64,000 nt of DNA from Eledone cirrhosa. Its lineage: Eukaryota. Both the position numbers and the translations under genes were made by a program. Location of the stretch: assembly GCA_964016885.1 (NCBI GenBank), contig OZ024743.1, forward strand, positions 200,880,001-200,944,000, in the 5' to 3' direction. The notes under the pieces were generated by a model, which was given only the letters and a program-made list of their open reading frames with translations, was not told where the DNA came from and made no database searches. Shown here piece by piece: positions 11,914 to 23,700 of this stretch (positions are counted from its first letter, which is position 1; every line of letters starts with the position of its first letter).

Positions 11914-12757
11914 TGAACGAAAAAACGAAGATAATAAGTCATATGTGGAGCGTGGAGAACAATAGCGTGCAAAGACAAAACCACGTAAATGGTATAGCAG
12001 AAGTCGTAGACTAAAATTCTAACTAGGAGACCGAATGAATCTCCGCTACAGAGTTAAGAACAAAGTAAATAAATACAATACAGAAGTAATAGGAACAAAT
12101 AAATACATACACGCAAACAGATACGTACATACACAAGCATACGCAAAACCTTACCATAGGTATACAAAACCACGCACATATAAATATGTGCATGTGTGTA
12201 TGCTTGTGTACAAATAAATAAATAATTATATAAACGTATATAAGTAAATAAATACGTATATAACAAGCGCACACACATACCTACAAATAAATACGTATGT
12301 ACGTATCTGTTTGCGTGTATGTATTTATTTGTTCCTATTACTTCTGTATTGTATTTATTTACTTTGTTCTTAACTCTGTAGCGGAGATTAATTCGGTCTC
12401 CTAGTTAGAATTTTAGTCTACGACTTCTGCTATACCATTTACGTGGTTTTGTCTTTGCACGCTATTGTTCTCCACGCTCCACATATGACTTATTATCTTC
12501 GTTTTTTCGTTCATTGCCAGAGAACGTCTCTATGCACCACTTAGAGAACATTAGTCTACGACCTCTTTTATACCATAAACGTGGTTCTGTCCTTGCACGT
12601 AATTGTTTTTCACCGCTCCTATTAATGACGTATTATTCGTTTTTTCCCGTTCTTTGCCAGCGAACGTCACCATGAACCAAAGTATCGTCTTCCTGTCTTC
12701 CTCCGGTTGCAACGTCTTTTGAAATATCGACTTCTGCGTTTACAGATTGACTTTGTT

Positions 12758-12808
12758 AGTTTCAGAAGATCCCGTTAAGGGTGAAAGCAGCGATTCTTTG
12801 CTTAAACT
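12758..12808 (+). ncRNA. Hammerhead-like motif with full stem III and U4A substitution
   Basis: AGTTT-CAGAAGA-T-CCC-GTTAA-GGG-T-GAAA-GCA-GCGATTCTT-TGC-TT-AAACT. Confidence 0.6.
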
Positions 12809-12914
12809 TTAATCTGTTATTTTAATAAATATTTGCTCTTCGGTTCTTATATATTTGATATATATTTTCCTTATCGAGCCCTCTCTGGATTTTAGTCTTC
12901 AATTTTATTATTAT

Positions 12915-12982
<68 letters not shown>

Positions 12983-13874
12983 ATATATATATATAAACGT
13001 GGTTGGTGTTAGGAAGGGCATCCAGCCGTAAAAAACCCGCCAGACAGTCCTATACGAGCAAGACAACCAATCCTGCCTCAAGTGGGAAAATTCTCGTCCA
13101 AACCCATGCTAGCGTGGAAGATGGACGTTATACGATGATGATGATGATATAGGTGCAGGCACAGTTGTGTGTGGTTAAAGAGTTTGCTTTACATTCACTT
13201 GTTTATGGGTCTAGCAATAGCTGGGGATTAACCCTGCAATGGCATTTTGGGCAAACATCTACTATTTCTGTCTCAGGTTGACCAATACCTTAAGTGTGAA
13301 ATTTGGTAGACAAAACCTACTAAAGATATGTAGTATCTCTGAGTTGTACAATGTTTATGCTATTAGTCCTCAGGAGACACAATGGTATCAGAAACTGACA
13401 AAAAAAGATGACTTAGCAGAAGATAGATGCACAGAAGTAGGTAGCAGTGGCAGCACCAATGAAATATAGTCTTGCAATTGCCTGGAAAGTTCCTTAGCAG
13501 TATTTGATAGTTTCTAGTACTTAGATGATATAATTAACAGATGTAACTAAAGTAAGACCAGGGTGAAAAATGTTCAGAGAGCTATTCCCTCTGTTGGCAA
13601 GGAGATTCCTTCTTCCTTTGAAGAGAGGGCAACTTGCATGTTAATTGTATATGAAGTGCAGCGTTGTGTTGAAGTAAAACGGAGGCACTGAGTGCAGTAG
13701 ATGTAAAGTGGGTTAGAAATGAAGAAAAAATGCTGCACTGGATATGTAATGCAAGTGTGAAGGAATGTTGGCATATATAAGCTGAGAAAAAAAACAAAAA
13801 ACTGATTGCATGAGGAATCAAATGTTGTGTGAAAGAAAGATGTCTGAGATGGTACAGGCATATGATATATATCT

Positions 13875-14155
13875 TGAAATCTGTGTTAAGCCAGAAGGCT
13901 GATTAGGCCAGTACTTATTCTGGTTTCATGGTGTGAAGCGACAGAGAGCACAATACTTCCCCTGGACAGGATGCCAATTCATTGCAGGGTTAATCCCCAG
14001 CTATTGCTAGTACTCATTTTAAGGTGAGTATACAGGAGGAACATGAAATGAAGTGTTTTGCTCAAGAACACAACATGCAACCCAGCCCAGGAATCGAACT
14101 CATGACATTATGATCGTATGTCCAACGCCCTTACCACCAGGCCACGTGTTTCCAC
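13875..14155 (-). mobile_element. SINE family C
   Basis: Reverse complement homologous to 7423-7703. Confidence 0.7.
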
Positions 14156-14400
14156 ATATATGATATGTATGGAGGATGATATTTGGTCAAATAAATGCTT
14201 GGTCATCCAAGTGGAAGGAATATATGGTAGAGAAAAACAGAGGAAAATATGGAAAAAAATGTGCAAAGCTGATCTGAAGATGGTGAACTGTTTGAAAGAG
14301 ATAAAGAAGGACCACAACATTTGGCAAGTCATTGTGTTAAATATGACACTTCAGATCATGCAAACATTGAAAAACATGTAAATATGATGATGAGGATAAT

Positions 14401-14585
14401 TGTTTCTACTTTTGGCACAAGGCCAGCAATTACCCAGTGCATTACTGGTACTTTATTTAACGACCCCGTAAGGATGAAAGGCAAAGTTAACCTCGGCGGG
14501 ATTTGAACTCAGAACGTAAAGGAACGTAACTATGCTAGAAAGCATGGCGTCCGACCCTCTACCGATACTGCCAATCCACCGCCCT
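14401..14585 (-). mobile_element. SINE family A with 13-bp TSD
   Basis: TGATGAGGATAAT at 14388-14400 and 14586-14598. Confidence 0.88.
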
Positions 14586-15408
14586 TGATGAGGATAATGA
14601 AATGTACTTACACATGCAGATATGTATGTACTTATACATGCATTTATATATGTATGAGTGTCTGCATGCATGTGTGTATGTATACGGGTGTATGCATGTA
14701 CATATGTATGTATGCATATATGTATATCTGTATGTACATGTATGTATATGTAGGTAAGCATATGTGTTTATGTATATATGTATATATGTAATTGTGTATG
14801 TATGTATATATGTATGTATATGTATGTATGTATGTATGTATATGTGTATGCATGCATGTATGTATGTTTGAACATGTGTATGTATATATATATGTATGTA
14901 TATATATCTGTATGTCTGTAGGTATATATGTCCATATGAATATCCATATATTTATATGTGAGAAATTGTGCAGCTCAAATCTTTTATACCAACAGCTATT
15001 TTTTTCTGTAGAATAAACAACAACCACGACAACAAACAATGAAACAAATAAAGAAAAGAAACAATGAAAATAACTGAAAAAACTCTTTAGAAATTAACAA
15101 TAGAAAAGTATTTTCTTTATTTTCTTATTCTTTTCTCTTCTACCCTATATTTTTTTCATTTTCCTAAAACGTACAACCATTTCTTTCTTGATTTTTTATC
15201 ATTGTCTATTCTGAATACAATTGTTGGATATATATATACACACACACACATATATATATATATATTTAAAAGTTAAACAAAGTTCAATGAATACATCAAA
15301 GAATGAGTTTTACAATAGATTGGAAGCACTCAACAAAAACGGTTTTTCCAGAGTTATTAATATTAATTCAAAGTATTAACAAAATAGATATTCTTTTGAT
15401 CAATTATA

Positions 15409-15471
15409 TTTTATTATATATATTTCAGAGGTACTGAGTTAAGTTCAACAGTACGTCCTCATCAGATAAAA
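15409..15471 (-). ncRNA. Type I hammerhead ribozyme motif within an inverted pLTR remnant (about 15265-15570)
   Basis: Minus strand: TTTTAT-CTGATGA-GGAcGTACTG-loop-CAGTACcTCT-GAAA-TATATA-TA-ATAAAA. About 15360-15410 is repeated inverted at about 15519-15570. Confidence 0.8.
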
Positions 15472-15587
15472 TAAGATGATGCATGACATACCCTGACATA
15501 GTAGATGGTTAAGATTCAATATAATTGATCACAAGAATATCTATTTTGTTAATATTTTGAATTAATATATATATATATACATATATA

Positions 15588-15692
<105 letters not shown>

Positions 15693-15759
15693 ATGCAAAT
15701 ATATAGTTATGTAGATATATATATGGGTGTATACCGAGCCATGAAGGTGTGTGTGTGTA

Positions 15760-15820
<61 letters not shown>

Positions 15821-15886
15821 GGAAAAAAGATGAAATCGAAAATGCAACTGGAGTTGTTGTTTTTTAAAATATATATTTATTTGGTT

Positions 15887-15924
15887 CCTTTACTGGTTTC
15901 GCAGTTATTCTGCTCTGCAAAAGT
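15887..15924 (-). ncRNA. Decayed hammerhead motif in a TA-flanked island
   Basis: Minus strand: CTT-TTGCAGA-GCAG-AATAA-CTGC-GAAA-CCAG-TA-AAG. Two core substitutions. Confidence 0.45.
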
Positions 15925-15985
15925 AGAATTGAGATGGGTTTGTGGTTTTTCTCACACACGTATATATATAAAGATGTATATATAT

Positions 15986-16038
<53 letters not shown>

Positions 16039-16085
16039 TTTAAGCAAAGAATCGCTTATTTATCCTTATCAAGCCCTCTTTGGAT

Positions 16086-16116
<31 letters not shown>

Positions 16117-16148
16117 GTGTGTGTATATGCACATATGTATATATATAC

Positions 16149-16241
<93 letters not shown>

Positions 16242-16534
16242 CATATGTGTATATACACACACATGTATATATATATATATATATATATATAGTAATAATA
16301 TAGTAATAATAGAAGTTACTTCCCCTGAAACCACCCTCTAATTAGTAAGGTAAATATGCCCTTTGGCAGCCATCTTGTTACCCATAGAAAGATCTCACAC
16401 AATGCAGCCTCTCCAGATGAATACTGCTTGATTATGGCTGACAACTGATGCAACCAAGACACCACAGTAAAAACCAATATATGGAACATTATATTATGTA
16501 ACATTATCCCATTATTTATTGATATTCCTTTGAA

Positions 16535-16654
16535 GTTCCGATGAGCCACTCTGTTTTTTAAATATGTTAATTATTTTCAACTGAACCAGATCAATTATGA
16601 TATATAGTCATCTCATCCAGAAATATTATATGGAGTAGCGAAACAATTGTAAAC
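16535..16654 (+). ncRNA. Hammerhead-like motif with a very long stem II
   Basis: GTT-CCGATGA-GCCACTCTGT-(about 75 nt)-ATGGAGTAGC-GAAA-CAATTG-TA-AAC. U4C substitution; palindromic stem III ACAATTGT. Confidence 0.6.
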
Positions 16655-17049
16655 GGACATTATTATTATTAATATTATTATTATTATTCTCTACATTCCT
16701 TACATCAAACTAAATATGTTGACAATCTTTTAATAATGTCTTCCTTGTGAAATTTGTGGTCTTGTTTTGCTTAACTAATGAATATATAGTAATAATAATA
16801 AATGTGAAGACTAAAATCCAAAGAGGGCTCGATAAGGATAAATAAGCGATTCTTTGCTTAAACATTAATCTGTCTTTTTAATAAATATATATATAGATAT
16901 ATGCAAAAGTTTTATTTAAGATTGTTGTCTTCGTTTTCTTTCTATATAACTATCATAACAGTTTCACTACCAATTCAACTTTTTTAAAAGGAAGTTGCAT
17001 TCTCAAAAGGTATGTCACTAATTATTTATAAAACAGCTTATGTATTGTA

Positions 17050-17111
17050 TTTTGTCTGAGGAAGGCATAACATATTTTTAATATGATATCCCAGAAATAT
17101 ATATAACGAAA
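17050..17111 (+). ncRNA. Hammerhead motif, diverged homolog of the 55.7-56.0 kb pair
   Basis: TTTTGT-CTGAGGA-AGGCATAACATATT-TTT-AATATGATATCCCA-GAAA-TATATA-TA-ACGAAA, within a TA-flanked island at about 16900-17160. Confidence 0.7.
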
Positions 17112-17271
17112 TAAATATGGTTTTATAAATATAATTTCCATTTGTTTAATATCGTATATAGATATATATATATATATATATACATATACACATATGTATA
17201 TACATACACACACACGCACACACATATATATATGGATTATACATATGGACACATATACTTACACATATACC

Positions 17272-17328
<57 letters not shown>

Positions 17329-17797
17329 GTATTCCCACTGCATTTTAAGTTACCTTAAATAGCAACTACACAGCCATTTCTATCCTCCATATATATAGTT
17401 ATTGTATCGCCCTAGCTGGAGGTATATTGTCTGTAATGTGAAGAAATACCTATAATGGCTAGTAGACAACTGAAGACGGATATTCCTAACTTCTATTTCT
17501 AATTCTTCATTTATTATATTTAAATGCAACAACACAGCACGCCATTTTTTATTCATATATATGTATATATGTATATGTGTGTGCGTTTGTGAGTCATCTA
17601 GGCATGTATATATAAATGTGTGAATCTTAGTATATAGATATGTGTATATATATATTATGTGTCATATAAGTCCTACAGTCAAGCACAAAACATTTTGATG
17701 GCTATATATAATATATTTGAAAATTTGTGAATACCAAATGTGGAAATTAACTGCAACAACAGTTAATCACTATAAATAATAACTTAGAAAATCAGGG

Positions 17798-18392
17798 GGG
17801 TGTTGGTGGTGCTAGAGCTGCTCCTAGTAGATGTGATAGTGGTGGTGGTGTCGGTGGTAATGGTAATGGTGGTGGTAATAGTGGTGATGGTAGTGGTGAT
17901 GGTAGTGGTGATAGTGGTGTTGGTGGTGGTTTTGATGGTGTTGTTTTTGTTGTTGTTGGTGGTGTTGGTAGAGGTGGTTGTGGTAGTGTTGGTGGGTGTG
18001 TTGGTGGTGTTGGTAGTGGTAGTGGTAGTGTTGGTAGTGGTGTTGGTGGTATTGGTAGTGGTGGTGGTGTTGGTAGTGGTGGTGGTGGTAGTGTTGGTAG
18101 TGGTGGTGTTGGTGGTGGTGTTGGTAGTGGTAGTGTTGGTGTTGGTAGTGGTAGTGTTGTTGTTGGTAGTGGTGTTGTTTGTGGTGGTATTGGTGGTGTT
18201 GGTAGTGGTGGTGGTGGTAGTGTTAGTAGTGGTGGTGTTGGTGGTGGTGTTGGTGGTGGTGTTGGTAGTGGTAGTGTTGGTGTTGGTAGTGGTAGTGTTG
18301 GTGTTGGTAGTGGTGTTGTTTGTGGTGGTATTGGTGTTGTTGGTAGTGGTGGTGGTGATGGTAGTGTTGGTAGTGGTGGTGTTGGTGGAGTT
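17798..18392. repeat. Degenerate (GGT/GTT/AGT)n trinucleotide tract
   Basis: Low-complexity triplet run. Confidence 0.9.
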
Positions 18393-18597
18393 GGGACTGT
18401 GTGTATGCATGTATGTGTATGTGTGGAGTTTGTGTGACTGTATGTGCATGTGTGGCTGAATGTTTACATGTGGGACTTGTATGTATGTATAGATGTGTGT
18501 ATGTGTGTGAGTGATTGTGTGTGTATGCGTGGCAGAGTGTTTACATGTGAGGTAGTGTGTGTATGCAATGTGTCTGTCTGTATGTATAACGGTGTGT

Positions 18598-18649
<52 letters not shown>

Positions 18650-19688
18650 CTTTCTATGTGTGTGTGTGTGTATGACTGTGTACTTGTGTGTGTGGCTTAA
18701 GAAGCTGGGTTGTGTATCATCAGTGAAGCAATGGAACTAATATAAAAGCTGGACAGATGTGAGATGGGATGGAATGAAGGATAAAAAGAGGGAAGATTAT
18801 ATGTATTTGTGTGTGTACATGTATTTGCATTGCTTTGTGTACATGTATGTGACTTGTGTATGTACTTGTGTGTGTGCAAGTTTCGAGGATAGAGAGGGAA
18901 AAGCAGAGAAGAATGTGTATGTGTGTGTTTCTGTCTATGTGAGCCTATGTGTGTGTGTGTGTGGACATGCATGTCTAAGTGTGTCTACATGTGTATGAAC
19001 GTGTATGTGTATACATGTGTGTTTGAGCATGTATATGTGTATATGTGTTTATAGATGTATGTGTGTGTGTGTAGAAGATAGAGAGGGAAAAGGCAGTGGA
19101 TGTTTATTAAGATGTTTGCAGTGTTGGTCATCAAATGACTGAGTCACAATACAATAGATTTGACCCTTTAGCCATTCTTTTTGCTATAGACAGTTTGTTT
19201 AAGTTAACAGACTGAGAAAATGACCAGTTGAATGACCAGTTGAATGACCAACAGATGTCTGTCTAATCAACTAGTACTTCAGTGCCTCACTAATAACATA
19301 AGTAACTTACCATATAGATATATATATATAATATGTATATATGTATAGAGCAAGGCATAGACATCTAACCCGACTTGCCTCAAATGGGACAACCCATTTA
19401 ACCTATGCTAGCATGGAAAAATGGAAAATTGACATTAAACGATGATTGAACTAGCAGTACCGTTGGTAAGGATCGAAACTGCCAAAGTTCAGCCCAATGG
19501 AGTTCTGTGTCTTTTGTTTGTATTTTTGTTTTAAAAATTTAATTTTTTAAGGTTTTCCTTTTAAAAATTGTTTTTCGTTTGTTAATTTTCTTAAGTTTAA
19601 CATATATATATATATAACAAAGAAGGTGTGGTAAGATACCATAACGCACCAGAGTACTTGATATTTAAGGTAGTAGAGTGGGTAATTG

Positions 19689-19786
19689 GAAAAGAGTCAG
19701 GACCCCGACGGCTGAGCTCCGGCCATTTCGACAGCTAGATCCGTTGAAATGGCCGGAGCTCAGCCGTCGGGGTCCTGACTCTTTTC
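19689..19786. repeat. GC-rich fold-back with 41-bp perfect arms, in a TA-flanked repeat family
   Basis: 19689-19729 is the exact reverse complement of 19746-19786. Related sequence at 19797-20058 and 40935-41078. Confidence 0.85.
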
Positions 19787-20071
19787 ATATATATATAAAC
19801 TAGTTTGACGATTACTCAACAGAGTACTCAATACTTGGGATAGTAGAGTGTGGCTATATATCCGTATGAGTGGTGGCCCAATGGTTGAGCCCTTGCTGTT
19901 ACAACAGCTAGTTCCAGATCTTGAACTAGTTGTTGATACAACAAGAGCTCAGCGACTGGGTACCAGTCTCTACCCCCACTCCATTTTTTCGAAGCTTTCT
20001 AAGCTTGTCTCTTGCCCGTAATAACTCTATCCACCGTGCTCTTCCTCCACCTAGTCAATATATATATATAT

Positions 20072-20349
20072 AAGAGGGATAAGTTGTGGTGTGCAGGAGA
20101 GAAGGCTGAGATGGTATGGACATGTGATGCGCATGTAGGATGACCGCTGGGTAAAGAAGTGCCAAGAAATCCCAGTAGAAGGAAGATGCAGTAGCGGTAG
20201 ACAAACAAAAACATGGGCGGAGGTGGTGAGAGAAGACCTCAGATCACTGAAACTCACCGAGGAGATGACGAAGGACCGAGACAAGTGGAGAGATGTTGTG
20301 CTGAATAGGACCCGTCCAACCCTTGCAAGCAGGGAAAAGCGGGCGTAAA

Positions 20350-20383
<34 letters not shown>
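20072..20383 (+). pseudogene. RTE-clade LINE 3' end with (GAT)n tail
   Basis: RGISCGVQERRLRWYGHVMRM*DDRWVKKC...TWAEVVREDLRSLKLTEEMTKDRDKWR, then (GAT)n. Confidence 0.88.
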
Positions 20384-20384
<1 letters not shown>

Positions 20385-20420
20385 ATATATATATAAATAA
20401 AATATTGTATTTTTGGTTTC

Positions 20421-20519
20421 ATCACCAGTCTGAAGAGCAGATCGATAATGGAATTGGGTCTATAACACCTATGGGTGATCCTGAGCCAATCTTCTGTGAA
20501 ATGCGTGTAACAGGTTGAT
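20421..20519 (+). ncRNA. Hammerhead motif with long stem II
   Basis: ACCAGT-CTGAAGA-GCAGA-(about 50 nt)-TCTGT-GAAA-TGCGTG-TA-ACAGGT. Island starts at a TA tract. Confidence 0.6.
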
Positions 20520-20789
20520 ACACAATAAAAATCTAAATACATGTAAAAGAAACTTCATAGTTTTTTCTTAACATATACATCCTACCAGTGCGTAGAGTGC
20601 TTGTTTGGTACACCGTTTGTAACTCACTGAATCATCTACACTATCTACTGCCAACCAACTAATCATCCCATCAACCAAATTTCCAGTCAGCCAACCAGGT
20701 AACCATCTGCCCTTCTAATTGACCATTCCACCAACCAACAGCCCATCTCTCTAACCAAGTATCAATCCCTCCAAATAATCAACTTTCCA

Positions 20790-23700
20790 ACCATCTAACC
20801 ATCCCACCACTCAACTAACCATCCATCTAGCCAACCATCCCAGCACCCAACTAACCATCCCGCCACCCAACTAACCATCCATCCAGCCAACCATCCTACC
20901 ACCCAACTAACCATCCATCCCTCCAACCATCCCACCACCCAACTAACCATCCATCCAGCCAACCATCCCACCACCCAACTAACCATCCATCCCTCCAACC
21001 ATCCCACCACCCAACTAACCATCCATCCAGCCAACCATCCCACCACCCAACTAACCATCCATCCCTCCAACCATCCCACCACCCAACTAACCAACCATCC
21101 AGTCAACCATCCCACCACCCAACTAACCACCCATCCAGCCAACCATCCCACCACCCAACTAACCATCCATTCAACTATCCCACCACCCAACTAACCATCC
21201 TACCACCCAACTAACCATCCATTAGGCCAACCATCCCACACCCAACTAACCATCCATTTGGCCAACCATCCCACCACCCAACTAACCATCCATCTAGCCA
21301 ACCATCCCACCACCCAACTAACCATCCATTCAACCATCCCACCACCCAACTAGCCATCCTACCACCCATCCAACCATCCCATCACCCAACTAGCCATCTC
21401 ACCACCCAACTAACCATCCCTCCATCCAACCATCCCACACCCAACTAACCATCCATCCAACCATCCCACCACCCAACTAACCATCCCTCCATCCAACCAT
21501 CCCACACCCAACTAACCATCCATCCAACCATCCCACACTCAACTAACCATCCATCCAACCATCCCACACCCAACTAACCATCTATCCAACCATCCCACCA
21601 CCCAACTAGCCATCCTACCACCCAACTAACCATCCCACCATCAAGCATCCCGCCACCCAACTAACCATCGTTCCAGCCTACCATCCCAGCACCCAACTAA
21701 CCATCCAGTTGGCCAACCATCCCACCACCCAACGAAACCATCCATCCAGTCAACCATCCCACCACCCAACTAACCATCCATCCACCAACCATCCCACCAC
21801 CCAACTAGCCATCCCACCACCCAACTAACCATCCAGCCAGCCAACCATCCCACCACCCAACTAAGCATCCCTCCAGCCAACTAGCCATCCCACCACCAAA
21901 CTAACCATCCATCCATCCAACCATCCCACCACCCAACTTGCCATCCCACCACCCAACTAACCACCCAGCCAGCCAACCATTCCACCACCCAACTAACCAT
22001 CCCTCCAGCCAACTTGCCATCCCACCACCCAACTAACCATCCATCCACCCAACCATCCCACCACCCAACTAGCCATCCTACCACCCAACTAGCCATCCCA
22101 CCACCCAACTAACCATCCAGCCAGCCAACCATCCCACCACCCAACTAGTCATCCCTCAAGCCAACTAGCCATCCTACCACCCAACTAACCATCCAGCCAG
22201 CCAACTAGCCATCCCACCACCCAACTAGCCATCCTACCACCCAACTAACCATCCAGCCAGCCAACTAGCCATCCCACCACCCAACTAGCCATCCCTCCAG
22301 CCAACTAACCATCCTACCACCCAACTAACCATCCAGCCAACTAGCCATCCCACCACCCAACTAGCCATCCCACCACCCAACTAGTCATCCCACCACCCAA
22401 CTAACCACCCAGCCAGCCAACCATCCCACCACCCAACTAGCCATCCCATCACCCAACTAGCCATCCATCCAACCATCCCACACTCAACTAACCATCCATC
22501 CAACCATCCCACACCCAACTAACTATCCAGCCAGCCAACTAGCCATCCCACCACCCAACTAGCCATCCTACCACCCAACTAACCATCCATCCAGCCAACT
22601 AGCCATCCCACCACCCAACTAGCCATCCCACCACCCAACTAGCCATCCTACCACCCAAATAACCATCCAGCCAGCCAACTAGCCATCCCACCACCCAACT
22701 AGCCATCCCACCACCCAACTAGCCATCCTACCACCCAACTAACCATCCAGCAAGCCAACTAGCCATCCCACCACCCAACTAGCCATCCTACCACCCAACT
22801 AACCATCCAGCCAGCCAACTAGCCATCCCACCACCCAACTAGCCATCCCACCACCCAACTAGCCATCCTACCACCCAACTAACCATCCAGCCAGCCAACT
22901 AGCCATCCCACCACCCAGCTAGCCATCCCTCCAGCCAACTAACCATCCTACCACCCAACTAACCATCCAGCCAACTAGCCATCCCACCACCCAACTAGCC
23001 ATCCCACCACCCAACTAGCCATCCCACCACCCAACTAACCATCCATCCATCCAACCATCCCACCACCCAACTAGCCATCCCTCCAGCCAACTAGCCATCC
23101 TACCACCCAACTAACCAACCAGCCAGCCAACTAGCCATCCTACCACTCAACTAGCCATCCTACCACCCAACTAACCATCCAGCCAGCCAACTAGCCATCC
23201 CACCACCCAACTAGCCATCCCACCACCCAACTAGCCATCCCACCACCCAACTAGCCATCCAGCCACCCAACTAACCTTCCAGCCAGCCAACTAGCCATCC
23301 CACCACCCAACTAGCCATCCCTCCAGCCAACTAGCCATCCTACCACCCAACTAACCATCCATCCATCCAACCATCCCACCACCCAACTAGCCATCCCACC
23401 ACCCAACTAACCACCCAGCCAGCCAACATCCCACCACCCAACTAGCCATCCCTCCAGCCAACTAGCCATCCCACCACCCAACTAACCATCCAGCCAGCCA
23501 ACCATCCCACCACCCAACTAAGCATCCCTCCAGCCAACTAGCCATCCCACCACCAAACTAACCATCCATCCATCCAACCATCCCACCACCCAACTTGCCA
23601 TCCCACCACCCAACTAACCACCCAGCCAGCCAACCATTCCACCACCCAACTAACCATCCCTCCAGCCAACTTGCCATCCCACCACCCAACTAACCATCCA

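Larger units (their letters stand above)
10668..12920. mobile_element. Inverted-repeat pLTR-like element (about 540-bp arms) interrupted by a Helitron
   Basis: 10668-10986 plus 11914-12131 is the reverse complement of about 12295-12832. Flanked by TA tracts. One hammerhead-like motif per arm. Confidence 0.8.

Noticed and set aside
17466-17495. CTGAAGA-CGGATATTCC
   Set aside because: No GAAA or stem III downstream.
17784-18459. Thr/Asn-rich mucin-like and poly-Val ORFs
   Set aside because: Degenerate trinucleotide tract; no splice or domain evidence.
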